Shown: one piece after another, positions 26,681 through 40,549 of the stretch | How the letters are laid out: the number at the start of each line of letters is the position of its first letter | How positions within the stretch are numbered: position 1 is the stretch's first letter | Assembly (NCBI GenBank): GCA_905178155.1 | Contig: CAJINV010000017.1 | Coordinates: 798,722 to 862,721 of the forward strand | DNA from: Amoebophrya sp. A120 | Taxonomy: Eukaryota > Protista > Dinoflagellata | Length of the DNA: 64,000 bases | Direction: 5' to 3' | Notes under the pieces: model-generated | Told to the model about the DNA's origin: nothing | Database searches by the model: none | The model's input: only the letters and a program-made list of their open reading frames with translations | Program-made: the position numbers and the translations under genes

Positions 26681-29600
26681 ATGCCACAGCAACCAGGCTC
26701 GGGTAGCTTCGCTTTGAAAGAACCCACCTCCGAAGTAGTAGGAGAACAGCAAGGCGCAAAAAGTACTATTAAGAGCGGTGCTGGAGTACTTTCTTCTTCT
26801 TGCAGCACGAGCACGAATACTGGTAACAAGACCAGTTGTACTTCTTCGACGAATAGGTTGACTGCAAGAAGCGGAGAGGTGGACCTCCTTCGTTCTGCGA
26901 TGGCCTCCACCGCTGTGGCCAGCACGACTGAGCAGCAGACCAGTAGTACCAGTAAGACTGCTCCGTCTTCTATGGGCAGCGGAAAGAACGATCTTGCGGA
27001 TGTGCCGCCAAGCACAACTAGCTCGAAAGACAGTAAAAAACATCCAGTTGTAGAAGGAGCAGTAGATCCTACACTTGTAGTAGCCTCGTCTGCAGCGCGC
27101 ACGAACGGCGACGCTGCAACAGGAGGCAAAAATATCACGGCGGCCGACGCAAATCTTGCTACGCACATGGCAAAGTCCGTAAATGAAGAGGCCAACACGT
27201 GTTCTGTGGGCCTTGATGCTCGCGCGAAAGTAAACAGCGGTGGAATCGCGACGACTGTAGCGGCTGGCACCGCCGCTAGCACAGAAGATGTTTCAAATAA
27301 AGGCAATCTTCTGGGCGAGGACGATGTGAGCTCAACACAACAGGGAGCTGCTGGTGCTGTTCCAGCTAGTGCAACAAAAACGGGCACAGCTGCGGGGGTT
27401 TCGTCAGGTAGTTCGACGAATAGAAAAGCTTCGTCCTCTACAACCTCTTCAAAAGATACCACTGCACCCACGGGTAACATGGTTGTAGATGCTGGAAGAA
27501 CCCTCAACGGCTCGACAGCGTCAAGCAACAGTGCAGCCGCCGCCGCCAGTGGTAAAAACGGAAGTGTTGCTGCTGAAACTGTAGTGCTGAATGGGACCTC
27601 CGCGACCTCAGGCAGCGGAAGTGGAATCACAAATAGCAGCAAAACAACTGCAACTAAAAAGGAAGAAGTAATAAAGTTCGCGCCCGAAGAGAGGAGCAAG
27701 GCAGCTGCTAGTACAACTACCGCAGCAGCAGCTGCAACAGCTACAGGCTCATCAACTGCAGGTAGTGCTAGTAGCGTTCCGTCCTCCGCGTCCGCAGCAC
27801 AGGCCGCTTTCGGTCCCACGCCCAGCTCACCAAGCTCCGGGCCTAGCTCTGCGGCTTCTGGCGCCGCGCCGGCGGCGAACAAGAATAGCGTTAAGCCTGG
27901 TGCCACAACTGCATCAACTGCAACAACCGTACCACCGCCGATCTCCATAGTCGGTATGGGCAGCGGCAAGGGCCCGCTCCCGATGGGCGCTTCGTCTAGT
28001 AGTATTGGTGCGAAGTCGAGTAATAGTACCGCAGTACCGATTTCCACTACAGTACCAGCGAGCGCCACAGGAGCTAGTGCGGCTGACGCTATTACTATTA
28101 AGGAGGACTTAAGACGGTATGCAGGAGGACTTAAAACCTTGTCAGAAGGTCGTGCTCCTGGACCACCGGGAGGCACTACTACCACTTCTACGACACCAGC
28201 CCCCACCGCGTCCCCGCGGCCGCCAAATCCAAACCCCTTCACCGTGGAAGTGGACGAGGATGAGCCTCCGCCACCGCCGGAAGACATATCAAAGATAAGA
28301 GAAGGCACACCCATTCGACCAGAAAAAATTACCTCAGTTTGTTCTCATGCCATTTTATTCATCTGCGGCAGTGCGTGGCACAAAGGCTGTTTCGCATGAC
28401 AATTTTTTTGGTAGTACCACCTTTGTCGTGCTGGCCCGCGTTACACTTTGACTTTCGTCCTCCGTAGTTGATGTGCACGTCGGCAGAACAAGCTTCTTGC
28501 CCCCGTTGCAGATCAGCATCACATCAAACTTTCTCGCCGTGACAGAACGACGGAAAGACAAATTTTTGTCTGGTACTATCTTGGGTGTAGTTTCATTTTT
28601 CTGCTTGATAAGACACGCCGATCGACGAGGACGAGGAGCAGGAGGACGAGCAGCAGCGCATGGACGACTGGGCCGCCTACCTGGGCGCGGAGGGCAACGG
28701 GGAGGTGGTATCACAATGAAAAACGCCCCCAGCCCCGAACTTGGGAGCATTTGTATTGCAAACCTTTCCAACAGAAACATTCGCCCTCTTGCATCTAGCA
28801 GCATCACAGATTTCCAATCGTGAATAGCGAAAATTTGTATTGCAACAGATCCCAGCAAGCGCGGCGCTTGTCATGCAAGCAATGCTATATACGCCTAGAC
28901 TCTACTGCATCACAAAGTCAAAGATAAAGACTCATATTCCTTTCATGCATGACAAAAAGTTTTCATTTGGAAACTTCGCATCACAAATTATTGCAAATTT
29001 GGGGGTGGGGGCATTTTTCACGGTAATAGGTGGACGCGGAGTGGCTGAAGGGGCTGTACGACCTGCAGGCCGGGGCGCTGGAGGAGGACGACGACGAGGG
29101 CGACGTGCCGCACGGCAATTCGCAGTCCGTGCCCTACTCGGTGGCGCTGCTGGAGCACGAGCAGAACAGCCGGCTGACCGCCGCCGGGGGGCTGGTCGTG
29201 GTGCCCACCATTGACGAGGCGGGAGGAGGCGCCACCCGCACCTCCAGCACCATCGTCGGGACGGCTGCGCCCACTTCTGGGTCGGTGCTGGTGGTTGGCG
29301 CGTCGGCGGCCACGTCGAGCAGTTCGTCCTCCGCAAAGGAGCAGGAGGCGAAGTGGGTCGCGGACGCGATCGCCTTCATCGGTAAGTACATGACCAGCGA
29401 GCTGAAACTCGACGAAGTGGAAACCAAAATCGTGCAGCCGCTACAGGAAATCGCAAACGAGATAGGTATAATGTTACATTCATATACAAAATAAACCGAA
29501 AGAGATATTATCGTTTCGAGAAAGATTTTGAATTTCAGCAAAGAAAAATTATTTGTCTTCCGTTTCCGTAGTTTTCTTCATTCCAATGCTTCATCGGGGT

Positions 29601-32600
29601 AGTTGCATGTAACGAGTATGAAAGCAATTTTTCCACTCGTGGCTTATCTAGGTTTGAAGGGCGAGATGAAGTGTTTTGGGTCCTTCATGAGCGGGTTTGC
29701 GAACAAAAAGTCGGATTTGGATGTAACTTTCATCCAGCAAGACTCCACCACCCTGTCGCCACACGACATACTCACCCGCGTGGCCAACAAACTGGAGAAA
29801 TCGGGAGCCTACGATAGTACATTTTAGTCTGCTGAAGCTGAACATTCGCCTAGGTCAGCTGAGGAAAAAACTTTCGATTACCACTGACCCCTCTGCTACT
29901 ACAAGGATTTCAATTTTCATCCTTCAAAACAACTTGTACTTGAGATTTTGATACCAGGTGTGTGTCCTACTCATGTCTATAGAAAGTTCTTGCAAGTCTC
30001 TCTTGTATGAAGATCAAGATGCTTGCATGCCTTCCGCTTATACGATTTGTCCGGAAAGATACCAAATGCAAATCCACACCTGATATTACAACAGGCATCA
30101 CGAAGGTGTTGCACGCACAATCGCCACTGGTGCGGTGTACAAACATGGAGTTGCAGGTGGAAGTCGAGATCTTAATGAACAACCAACTTGGCGTTGAAAA
30201 CTCAAAACTTCTCCATTGCTACGCCCAGATAGACCCGCGGGTGGCCCAACTGGTACGTGTTTTTGTTTTTTGTTTAGCACCGACACCGTAAAGATGGCAG
30301 GCTGTCTTCGCACGTGATGAACTAGTGCAGCTGGAGCAGTAAACCCACTTCGTTCCATGTGCGACGACGTTGGGTTGTGCTATCTGCATACCAGAAATTT
30401 ACGCAAATTTATTCCAGGTCCGTCTGGTGAAGACCTGGGCGAAACACTACGAAGTTCTCGGGTCTCAGGACGGGTGCATCAACAGCTACGCCTACGTGCT
30501 GCTCACGCTCTATTACCTGGTATTCTTTGATAAAAAGCAATTTTTTTCAATTTTTTTTTGGTTCGGTTTTGGTACATGGTGGGAATCTCATCGCTGAGAC
30601 GAGCCAATGCCGCTTGTCACCAAGCTCAAGATCGGCGGCGACTTCGGACAGCAAGAAGTTTGTTTTGTTACCACGTGAAGAAGAAGGTAGTAGAGTCCCC
30701 GACTATCAGATGATACGATTTTTCTGCACTTTCAATATGCGTAGGTCGCCATCAATTTCCTCCCCAACCTCCAACTTCTGGCGCAAGCCATGGGCATCCC
30801 CAGCAACTTTGTGAGCGTGAAGAAGTGGGGCACGCCGGACATTGTGGACACCCGATTTTGGAGCAAGAAACTCCCCGATTTCCGCCCCGACAACGCCGCA
30901 GACTTTACCCTGTACCAGCTCGTGAAAGGCTTTTTCGAGTTCTACCTCAAGTTCCCCTGGGCGACAAGCGCCGTGTGCTTGCGACAACAGTACTTTCCAC
31001 TTTGCTATATGATCTTCCGAACAATTATTGTCCTCACTGTCGCTCATTGTTTGGCATCGACTGATCATGTTGCACATAGTACGAAAATACGAAAAATGTT
31101 TTCGCACTCATTGAGAAGAGGTCATGATTTTGAAATGTACTTTTGCGTAAAGCTAAGAAACTAAACATAATTAACATCAACAGCCTCCCCGGTGCCCCGG
31201 CGACCCAAACCCCGAAGCAGAACCTGTTTTTTTTCGAGCACACTGGCCCCGCCGTTTGGCACATCGAGGACCCTTTCGACGTGAAGCACAACCTGGCCGG
31301 GCGGACCACGGAGTCCGGCAGAAAACGCATCACCGACGCCATGAAACAAGCCCTAGAGAACTTCACCAACTTCGACGAGGCTTTTCAGACAAATCGAAAA
31401 GCAAGGTAGAGGCAGTGCTGGAACCGAATTTTGTTTTTGTCATTCGTCTGATCGATGTGCATGTGGTATACCATGGTTGCTGTGCGAGGAAGGTTCTTCC
31501 TTATGATCGTCGCGACACAGCAATAGAAACGCATTATCACTTTCACTACTAGGTTTTGGCTTAAAGCCTCCATCTCCTCCACGGTGACCCCGAAGCAAGT
31601 GTTGGATATCTTCAAAGACGTGGAGCTCGTGCGACTCTATTTCCCGAAATACGAGACATTTTTCCAAGAAGACCCGAACAAGCGACCGCACTTATATGGA
31701 GGTATTGAGAAGATGCGTGCATAACCAGACGCATTACTTTTAGCACTTTGAATTCTCATTATGCAGCACCAGCTGGAGCTGCAATAAGTACCTTACAACT
31801 TCTTAAAGTAAGTCTGTTGGTTGCTCATCGCGGACCGAAGCTGGAAATACACGTGGACCTTACGAGGCGAATCCCATCCAAATCCAAAAGAGGACACACT
31901 CACACCTCCTGATCAGTAACATCCAAACTCCTATTACCCTATTCTCTCCACTACAGCCCCACGGTACAAGAACATCATGCTGGAATTTTCTTCTCAAGCG
32001 GACCTGCGACAGGCGGAGATGCGCAACGAGGTGTTTCTGTGCGAGAGTCAGCTGCGGCTGCACAAAACCACCACCGGCTTCGTGGAAGAGGAAGTCAAGG
32101 GAAAGGAGGGCGCGTACTACGAGTTCGACCTTTCCGTGTCTTCCGAGGAGCTGGAGACGGCCATCAGCACGGCCTTGGCGGAGCGCGACGCGACCATCGC
32201 GAAAAGAAGTACGGAATCGCCAAAATTTGTCAAGGGAGAAAAGGGCGGGAAGGGAAGCGGCACCACGGCGAAGAGCGGTACTTAATAGAATACTGCAGAG
32301 ATATTGACGATAATTACTACCTCATGCTGCGCGTATTAGCAAGATAAACAGGCCTAGACTTTGAAAAGTAGGTTGGTTCCTGTTTCACTATGGAGATATT
32401 ACCGTATTTTGAGGACGAAGAGGAATTCCGCAAAGGAAATTATAAAGTAGACCCTTCTACTTCCTCGTCGCAATACGAATGGCGCTCGTCCTCCCACCCA
32501 CCAACCTTTTGATAAAATCAAAATCACAAACGAAAAACAGATGGCTCCTCCGGCGGCGCGTACTTTCTCGGAGTGGGCATGACCGAGGACGACGCGAAAT

Positions 32601-35100
32601 CTTGGAACGCCCGGTCGGCGAACAACAGCAAACAGGCCTACAGTGCTGGCAATCATGCCGGATACACGCCCTACGACAACTCCGTGGAGGAACTGGCGAA
32701 GTACAGCAAAACCGGCCTTGCCGGCTCTCCCTCCGCCGTGGTAGACCCGACGAAAAAGGACAGCAAGGAGGCGTCGCTCGAGGAGTGGAACGCACAGTGG
32801 TACATGAACGGCGGTGGTGGCGACAGCGCGTCCGGCGCCTCTTCGTCTGCCAACACCCCGCACGACGGCAACGCGATGCCGAAAACCACGGAGCTGCGCG
32901 CCAACGCAGCGACCTTCACCAGCAAGGGTGGCGCCTTCGATATCAGACTCTTAAACGCCACCTTGTTTGCTGCTACATGATCTGATGTCATGCAAAATTG
33001 CCGACAGGGAGGAGCCTCAGCCTCCACACGATGGAGCTGCTTCGCATTTACAAATCGCGTAAACCAGTACTGATGTTGTAAGTCGTTGCCAAGTCTGTAA
33101 TGCGATACGCACAAGCACATCAAGTTCCACCCTTTCACATTTGCTGTTCATTCTACTTGCATCACGAATTGTTCACGTAACAGCAGGCAAAGCAACGCGT
33201 TTGCGAGCCCCATACTCGACTACGGTGCAGCAGCGGCCTACGGAATGGGCGGTGGTCCCGGTGGGGCAGCGGCCGCCGCGGCGAGTGCCTTGGCTGCGAG
33301 CGCTGGCATGCCGCCCGGCTACGCAGCCATGCAGCCCGGGAAGGGCCCGGCGGGAGGGCCGGGTGGCTACCCGCCCCCCGGGGCAACAGCGACCATGGTG
33401 CCCGGACCGGGCGGGCAGATGATGTTGGCTCCGGGGCCAGGAGGAGCCGGTGCTGGCGTGCCCCCGGGGGCGAAGGGGTCGTACTGGGACCCGAGTCAGA
33501 TGGCGATGTACATGGCCGCGAACAACAAGGGCAAAGAAAAGTGGCTGGAGATGATGAAGGGCAGCAAAGGGGGCGCCGTGAGCTCCAAATCTAGTCCGGT
33601 TGACGCGGCGCACCAGCTCGCCCTCAGTGCCGGCCAGCCGAGCGCTAACGACGAAAACGGAAGCAACAGCGGGAATAATACGGCGTCGGATGCGCAAAAA
33701 CAGCAGTATGCACAGGCAGCCAATTATGCAAAGACAAATTTAATGGTTTTACAGTTACACACGTGGTCGTAGTTGTAGGATAAGCTAGACTGACAACTTT
33801 TATCTGTCATGCCCGAACAAATGATGCGCAGGAGCAGGACGAGCGGGACGATGAACTAAGTAAGTACATTGTACCCACCAGTCACATGCGGGTTTTCCCA
33901 CATGATTGCAGAAATGTAGCTTTTTTATGTGATGCAAAACTGAACCATTCTATGCATATCAAGTTTATCGTGTTGCGTGCTCCATGTTCATCGTGTTGCT
34001 GAATCTGCAAAAATGTGTAGCTCGTAAGGCAGCTTTTTGTTCGCCGGGATACCATCCAGATGGCAGCGTACGCCCAGAGCGCGGCGATGACGAAGGGGCT
34101 GTACCAGGCGGCCAAGGCGGGGAAAGCGGCCTTCTACGCACAGGCCGCGGGCATGCCAGGAGGGCCGGGCGCACCGCACCCCGCGTTTTACGCCCAGAAT
34201 CCCGCCGCGGCCGGGAATGCTGCCACGATGGCAGCTATGGCGGCGCAGAAAGGGGTGGCAGCGGGAAAGGTATAGCCATGCTTGTGTATGTCTTCATGTG
34301 AAATGTTAAATGTCCTAGGTGGTCCCCAATTTGTCGTGCAGTTAGAATTGAATTTATTTGTCTTAGCTTGCATCCGCCAGTACTAGCACGACGAAGAAGC
34401 AGTCCGAACTACTGCCAGGATGCAATTTTTTAGCTGTATCCATTCGTATTGCCATTGCAATTGTCTGCTGCTATGCTCCTGGATTATATCATCCTGACCT
34501 CAAAAATGAAAATCAAAATTACTCCAAATATGAACAGGACCCAGCAGCGATGGCGGCCGCGATGCAGTATCAACAGCAGGCAGCAGCTATGAAGGGATAC
34601 CCACATCCAGCCTACATGTATAGCCCAGCAGGCGCCGACCCAAGAATGATGATGATGGCTGCCATGGCAAAAGGTATAATCGCACGTAACGATTCGTCTG
34701 CGTTCAGATTCATCTACTCGTTGCGCAACGAATTAGATGAACATGCATGGACACGAACACACCATGATGAAATAAATCTTCATGATCTAGTATATCTATA
34801 TGAAAACATCAAAGGTCCTGATGAAGATGTACTTCTACTTCTTGCTTGTCGCTTGCTAGCAAATAATGATTTAGTTTCCGCAGCAAGAGATATTTTGGTT
34901 TTCAGAGAACATCTACTTCATGAAGCGAGCCGCCTGGTCGATGTGATCTTCATATCGATTCCGCAGGTACTATGCCCAACCCGGGGGCAGCCTGCGGCGT
35001 TCCGAACGGAGCTGCTTATGCCGGCTACGCAGCCGCAGCCGCCATGAAAGGAAAGCAGGGCGGCAAACCCGGCGGTGGGCCAAGCGGGCGAGGATTCTGA
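26681..35100 (+). CDS. Cid1/TUT4-7-family terminal nucleotidyltransferase (probable TUTase) with RRM-like domain and low-complexity termini
   Basis: FGSFMSGFANKKSDLDV (GS-DxD), PLVRC...EILMNNQLGVENSKLL, LVKTWAK, INSYAYVLL, GFFEFY, HIEDPFDVKHNLA. Frame-consistent introns: IE4, IE5, 29466-29651, 29817-30094, 30253-30417, 30520-30744, 30990-31183, 31406-31552, 31702-31956, 32278-32540, ~32945-33183, 33716-34059 (GC-AG), 34270-34537, 34674-34966; stop TGA 35098-35100. An upstream exon at 25978 is possible. Confidence 0.88.
28287..28610. mobile_element. Introner element IE4, 324 bp
   Basis: tatcaa.../...ttgata termini; TSD agaca (28282-28286; 28611-28615); excision gives PPPPED|TPIDEDEE in frame; no GT-AG. 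Confidence 0.8.
28709..29028. mobile_element. Introner element IE5 (TIR family C), 320 bp
   Basis: tatcacaatgaaaaacgcccccagcccc / gggggtgggggcatttttcacggtaata; TSD ggtgg (28704-28708; 29029-29033); frame restored. Confidence 0.9.
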
Positions 35101-37956
35101 AAAGACAAAGACTCGAAGAGCAAGGCGGTGCAAGAGGAGCAGTATTTCTTTTGGAGAAAACGGCTCTCGTTTCATTCAGAATGGCGCCGGGCCGGAGGAT
35201 GAAAACGCACATGCAGAAAAGCATGCGTTTGTGAAGTACTAGAACGTGGGTCTGGGTTCATCTTCTCGTCATCCACACCAGTGGCAGTGCCTCGCACGTG
35301 GCGAATTGTACTTACTTACACGTTCTTCTGCTACATTCACGGATGAAGATGAAAAAATACAGCAAGAGCACTCCTCGCCTGACGAGCCCTCCTAGCCTGG
35401 AAAAGAAGCCGAGTCCATTATACCTGCATCTGCGAAAATTATCCGCTAATAGTTGTCCTGTAGAAGCAGGAGCTAGCAGGGGCAAGAGCAACTGATCCTC
35501 CATAGTACCAGCCCGCGGCAGTTTGAAACTTATACAAGATGAAAATCGCTTGATACTTTATGACTCATCAGCAAAAATCCGAAGATAATCGAAAAAGAAA
35601 ATCCACCAAGAAGTCTATTTTATTGCTAGTATACGAAATTATTGAAGACTACGTAGGAGCGTGCGTTGCTCCAAGACGGACGACGTGTGTCGGAATGATA
35701 TTATCCAAGGTGTCGAGAACAGGCACCAGCTTGACAACAACTATAAAACAACTATTCACAACATCCAGAAGTTTCATTAAAGCGCAATAACGGTACTATC
35801 GTTTTTGAAAATGTATCTAGTAAAGGTTTCATCTTCTATACGTTGAGTAGAACTACAGTCTACTACTATGCTTCTTTTATTTCTGACATCTGTTTGAGCG
35901 CAGTTATCGCCACCGTGACCTGACAGCTGCGGTATTATGAAAGTCGTACTTCTATCATGTAAGCAGGGCGAAGACCAGCAACAGCTCGCTGCACCAGGAG
36001 CAGCAGGACCGGAAGAAACTCATCAAGATATAATCGCGAGCGACAAGTAGTACTAGTAGAGAGTATTTTTTATCTTGAAAGCGAATTATATTGTCACAGC
36101 TTCCTAATCCTACTTTACCTTTTTCGTCTCAATTCTAGTAAACTCAACGGAAAAAGAACAAGCAGGGCAGTCAACGGCCGTATCACAACAACTCCCGTGA
36201 TCTGTAGCGAAGCATTTATTCTAAAACGTATCTTTGCCCTTTAGTGTATTCTTATTTTCACCAGGCCGCCTGCTCGTCTCCACCTCCTGCTCAAGAAGGT
36301 AGCCGCACCATCTGTTCGGCTGCGAATATCAGGGGCTCCGGCTCTATACTTTTTTTTCCACAGTGTTTTGTTATATTTAGCTGTCTTTCCATAATTTTGT
36401 CGAACCAATGAAGATTTGAATTTCTCTTTCATCCTTGTACCACTCCAATGTCACATCAAAGAAAAGGGCCTCCGTAGCTGCGACGAACTGGTGAGAGAGG
36501 AGATAGTGTCGTGTATGTGCCTATGATCGATAATTTCATCAAAATTCTCTCTCTCTCGGTACTACTAGAATCCGCCTCTTCAGCTGCACTCGGGCGACCA
36601 GCTCCAGGGCTGCAGCTGGACGCGGGTCTGTGGTCGAACTGCGCGAAACTGCATTGTAGATCTGGTAGGTAGGTTGACTACCGATGTTTAAAAACCTATC
36701 GCGGGCACTAGCAGAGAACATTGAGAATAATGACCGCGGAGCATTTGGTTGCTCCTGCTGAAGTCGTGATGAATAAACGCAATTATCGCACATTATGAAC
36801 TATTTTGTCTCTCAGTAGTGATTGATGCAAGAATCGACTTCGCACCTATTTTTGTCGAAGATGAACTACCCGTGGCGATAAAAAGAATGAATTCTTTGGT
36901 CGTGTACACAAACGAAAATGAATGTTGTTGGCAGGTTTTTATCTTCATCGCACTCACACTTGTTCATAATCTAGTACAACCGATATTTATAATATGCACT
37001 ACCTCTTAGCACGAGCAGGTTACGACCACAAGCATCATCATCAGCATGTTTTTTGAAATAAAGATCATCATATGTCGATAGAGTAGATTGTTTAAGAACG
37101 TTGATGTTGTGCTTGTGGTAGGTCATTTTCAAAAAAACGAACCAAGTGATGTGACAACGCAGACGCTGCTTCTATGTTGATGGTCTACTTACGTCGAAAC
37201 AAGATGAGCCAAAGAATTGACTCCAGAAGATAAAGATTTTTCACGACGACCAGTGGTCGAGATGGGGTCTTGAACTCTCGAATTGAAGAAAGTCGGCGAT
37301 CCCATGGTGTTTTCCGATGACCGTACGAGGGCCAAGTCTGTGTGCGGTGTCGTGTCGTGGCCGTTCGTTCCTCGCGGTGGTTGATGCGATTTGTCCTTGG
37401 TTGGATTGTTTTGTAGTTTGTACAGGATAGATAAGTAATTACGACTAGCTGTACGTGGCTGCAGGCAGGCGCAGGGATCTGCTCCGAAAAAATTTCGCCT
37501 CCTCGTAAGGCTTGTTAGTGGTGGTATCGTCTGTGTGATTTTAATATTTCGCTTTTGTCGCCGTCGAGAACTGCACTCCCTCCTGTTGTCTTCATTTAGT
37601 CGCACCAAGGAGGCGCTGGAGAGGGTATTGCTTTCGATTGTCGCAATGAGACAGCATTGATTTCGGACTCTGAGCGTTTTCGCATTTTTTGGTGAGAGAG
37701 GATGTGACGACGTGATCGATTTCGTTTTCGTTTTAGGTTGGAATGAAGTCCCGATTCTGCACGCAGTTCCTGTAAAGCTAGAAGATTGATTTACGGTTCG
37801 TAATGTAAATGTTTCAAGTGAAATAGAAATACAACTCAAGACAGGAACCCTAGAAATACTACCCGAAATAGCCGGGTCTCTCAACATTTCATCTGGAATT
37901 TTAATTTTATTTCCTGCAGATATAGGAAGAGAAAATCATCAAAATCATTTTAAGCA

Positions 37957-40549
37957 ATGGCAACATCCAGCGGGAGCCACGTAAGTGGTGCCTACCCGAA
38001 GGGGTTCCCGGAGGCGGCACTCTCCAAGATCGCGCATGGACACGGTAAAGGATCAGGAATGAGGCCGCACTCGTCGTTATCGTTTATTCGTTCACAATGC
38101 CTTGCGATACTAGTTTCGTACCTCTCCAGTCGTGGTTCACTTGTGGTTTGCTGTTGTGCATGACGACCCCCGAGGGATGAAACAATCTTCAAAAACGAAC
38201 TTTACAGAGGAAGTTCTGCAGCTCCTGCAGCAGTACGCTAACGCGGCCGACCCGCTCGCACAGAAGGAAGCGATCGAGGGGCTCGCCGCCTACGTCTTGT
38301 CTCCATCGAAACTCGCACGCGTTCTCGATCTGGCGCTGCTGGAGAGGATCTACGAGATTTTCCGGAGCCACCATGTCGATGAACAGGAGAAATCTGGCAC
38401 TGCAGAGAAGCGTCCCAGTCTCGACGGGCCGCTCTTCGGAGACCTGGAGTCCGCACTGGAGACGCGAAAAAAGGAGCTGGTGTTGCTCCGCCGCTACTAC
38501 GCGCCGACTTCGCCCTCGCCCCCCAAAGTCCTGCCGGGCGGGATGAAAAATGTGAAGAAGGAATACGTGCTACCCGACGAAGCGTCGCCGCTGAACTTCT
38601 CCCCCTCGAGTAAGAACAAAATGAACCCGAAGTCGTCCAGTCCCTCGCTCGGCCTCGCGAAGGACCGGTCGGTGTCGCCAAAAGGGAGGCTCGGACCGGT
38701 CACCGGGTTGGGTTCAAAGCAGCAGCAGGGGTTACCCTTGGAGATGAAGGTGAGCGGACTGAAAAGTCGGGGGGACACCTGGGGAAGTGAGCACGCTGCC
38801 ATCCGGATCAACCATCCAAGGTTTTTTTGAGAATTTTTTTCTGTGAGGAACAATTTGTGTCTCCAGCTAGCTTAAAAAGTACATAGTGAAACGAAGCGCA
38901 ACTGTATGCTATGAAGAAGATGAAGGGTCATTTCTAAGCACTCGCAACTGCACTAGCCTGATTTGCTTTTCACATAATTTCCGGTACAACTGCAAATCTG
39001 AAAACAGCACGAAGCAGTACGCCCCGGTGTACTACGTGCCGACGCGGAGCGGTGCCAACAACTATGTGAAAAATCCCCGGGAACCAAAGCCGCACCACGT
39101 GACTACGATGAAACACAGTAATTCCCGGCCGGGAGGTTTTCCTCTCGGGGGCGCGGCCAACAAATCACCGTCCTCGTCCAGTCTCGTCCCGCACCACAGT
39201 AGCAAGTCCTCGCCGTCCCCGAAACGACCACACAACGCGAATGCCCACAGTGCGGTCGCGGCCATGGGAATGATGGACACACTGCAGGTGTCGCAGATGA
39301 GCAACGACGGTGTAAAAGTGGCGGAAGCTTACCCGCTCGCGTCAAGCAGCCAGTTGGACCAGGTGGACGGAAAACACAAATCACTGACTACCCTGAAGCC
39401 GCGGCATTCCCAGCCGGGGAAGTACACGCTGCTCTATCGCGAAGAGGATATCATCCGAATTCACCAAAACTACTTCCCCTCGTTCACATGAATATAATTA
39501 TAATTTATTTCTCATGCTGCAAAATTTCAAATCTAGCTCCCTGTGCCATTGTTTCTTACTACTCTTGTATTGCGCATGATTAGATTTCGGAAAGAACCGA
39601 AACAGCACTAGAATCTTGTGTGAATTCGTCAGGCAAGTAAAATTGTATCCTGCCAGCGGTGCTCTTGGGGGAGTTCTTTTGGAGCACGGTCATACAGGAG
39701 CTTGCGCGGGCACATCAACAGGGCAAGGTGAGCAACATCCCGCAGGACGTATCCTGTGCAAAGGTATCGTACTCGGTAGTTACTTACATTAATTGCAATC
39801 TGGCCAGGAAAATGTTGATGTTTCATGATCCCTGATTGGTAATCAATCGTTGCAAATTAAGATTTTACTTTTCCAGCTCCAGCACCATCGGACAAAATGA
39901 AAATTTGTGAGTGTGATGCAGGTAGTAGGTACTGACTTGTGCGATACTTGTGCAATGCATAGGACGCAGATGCAAACCAGTACAGCCTGGGAACCCTAGC
40001 CGCGCACTTCAACGAAGATACCACCCGGTGGCTAGTGGAGCAGGGGTTTACCAAACAAAAAGCCCCGGGGGCAGCGTCGGCCTCCGGGGGAGCGGCGGCG
40101 GGGGGTGGTCAGCAGCAGCAGCATGCGACAGGGACGAATGAGGAGGAGGGGGCACCGACTGCCACGACAGCGGGGAAGAACATATGCGTTGCAAAAGTGA
40201 AGTGATGTCGCCTTACGCTGTGCATTTTTGCACGACAAACTTCTCAAAAAGAAGAAAAGGAATTTGTGATGTGGATTCAGGCAAAGCATAAGCAAATACA
40301 TAGAAACAACAACAAGCAGATGCGGTAGATCTATCATGCCAAACTGCAATATGTACTATGTGTGCGAAGATATTACTTGTGTTGCAATGTCGATAGAACA
40401 AAAAGTTCGATATTTTCCAAGACACAGTTGACCTGATGCTCGCAGCCACCGCTGCGACGGAGAAAAGTGCGGCAGAACTGGTGCTAAACAACTCACCGCC
40501 GTTGGCAGCCAGCGCATCGACTGCAGGAAATAAATCCGGGAAGAAGTAA
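37957..40549 (+). CDS. Hypothetical protein (multi-exon)
   Basis: Introns 38045-38207 (GT-AG), ~38807-38984 (tccgg direct repeat), ~39481-39656 (unresolved), IE6 and IE7 link GC3-rich exons; ends ...GNKSGKK TAA (40547-40549). Confidence 0.65.
39750..39961. mobile_element. Introner element IE6, 212 bp
   Basis: tatcctgtgcaaaggtatcg / cgatacttgtgcaatgcata; TSD ggacg (39745-39749; 39962-39966); frame restored. Confidence 0.85.
40183..40395. mobile_element. Introner element IE7, 213 bp
   Basis: tatgcgttgcaa / ttgcaatgtcgata; TSD gaaca (40178-40182; 40396-40400); excision gives TAGKN|KKFDIF in frame. Confidence 0.8.

Noticed and set aside
26665-28314. 549-aa minus-strand ORF
   Set aside because: Antisense to the Ser/Thr/Ala-rich TUTase N-terminal exon.
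37189-37887. 232-aa minus-strand ORF in an intergenic gap
   Set aside because: No coding-like codon bias or motif; against cluster orientation.
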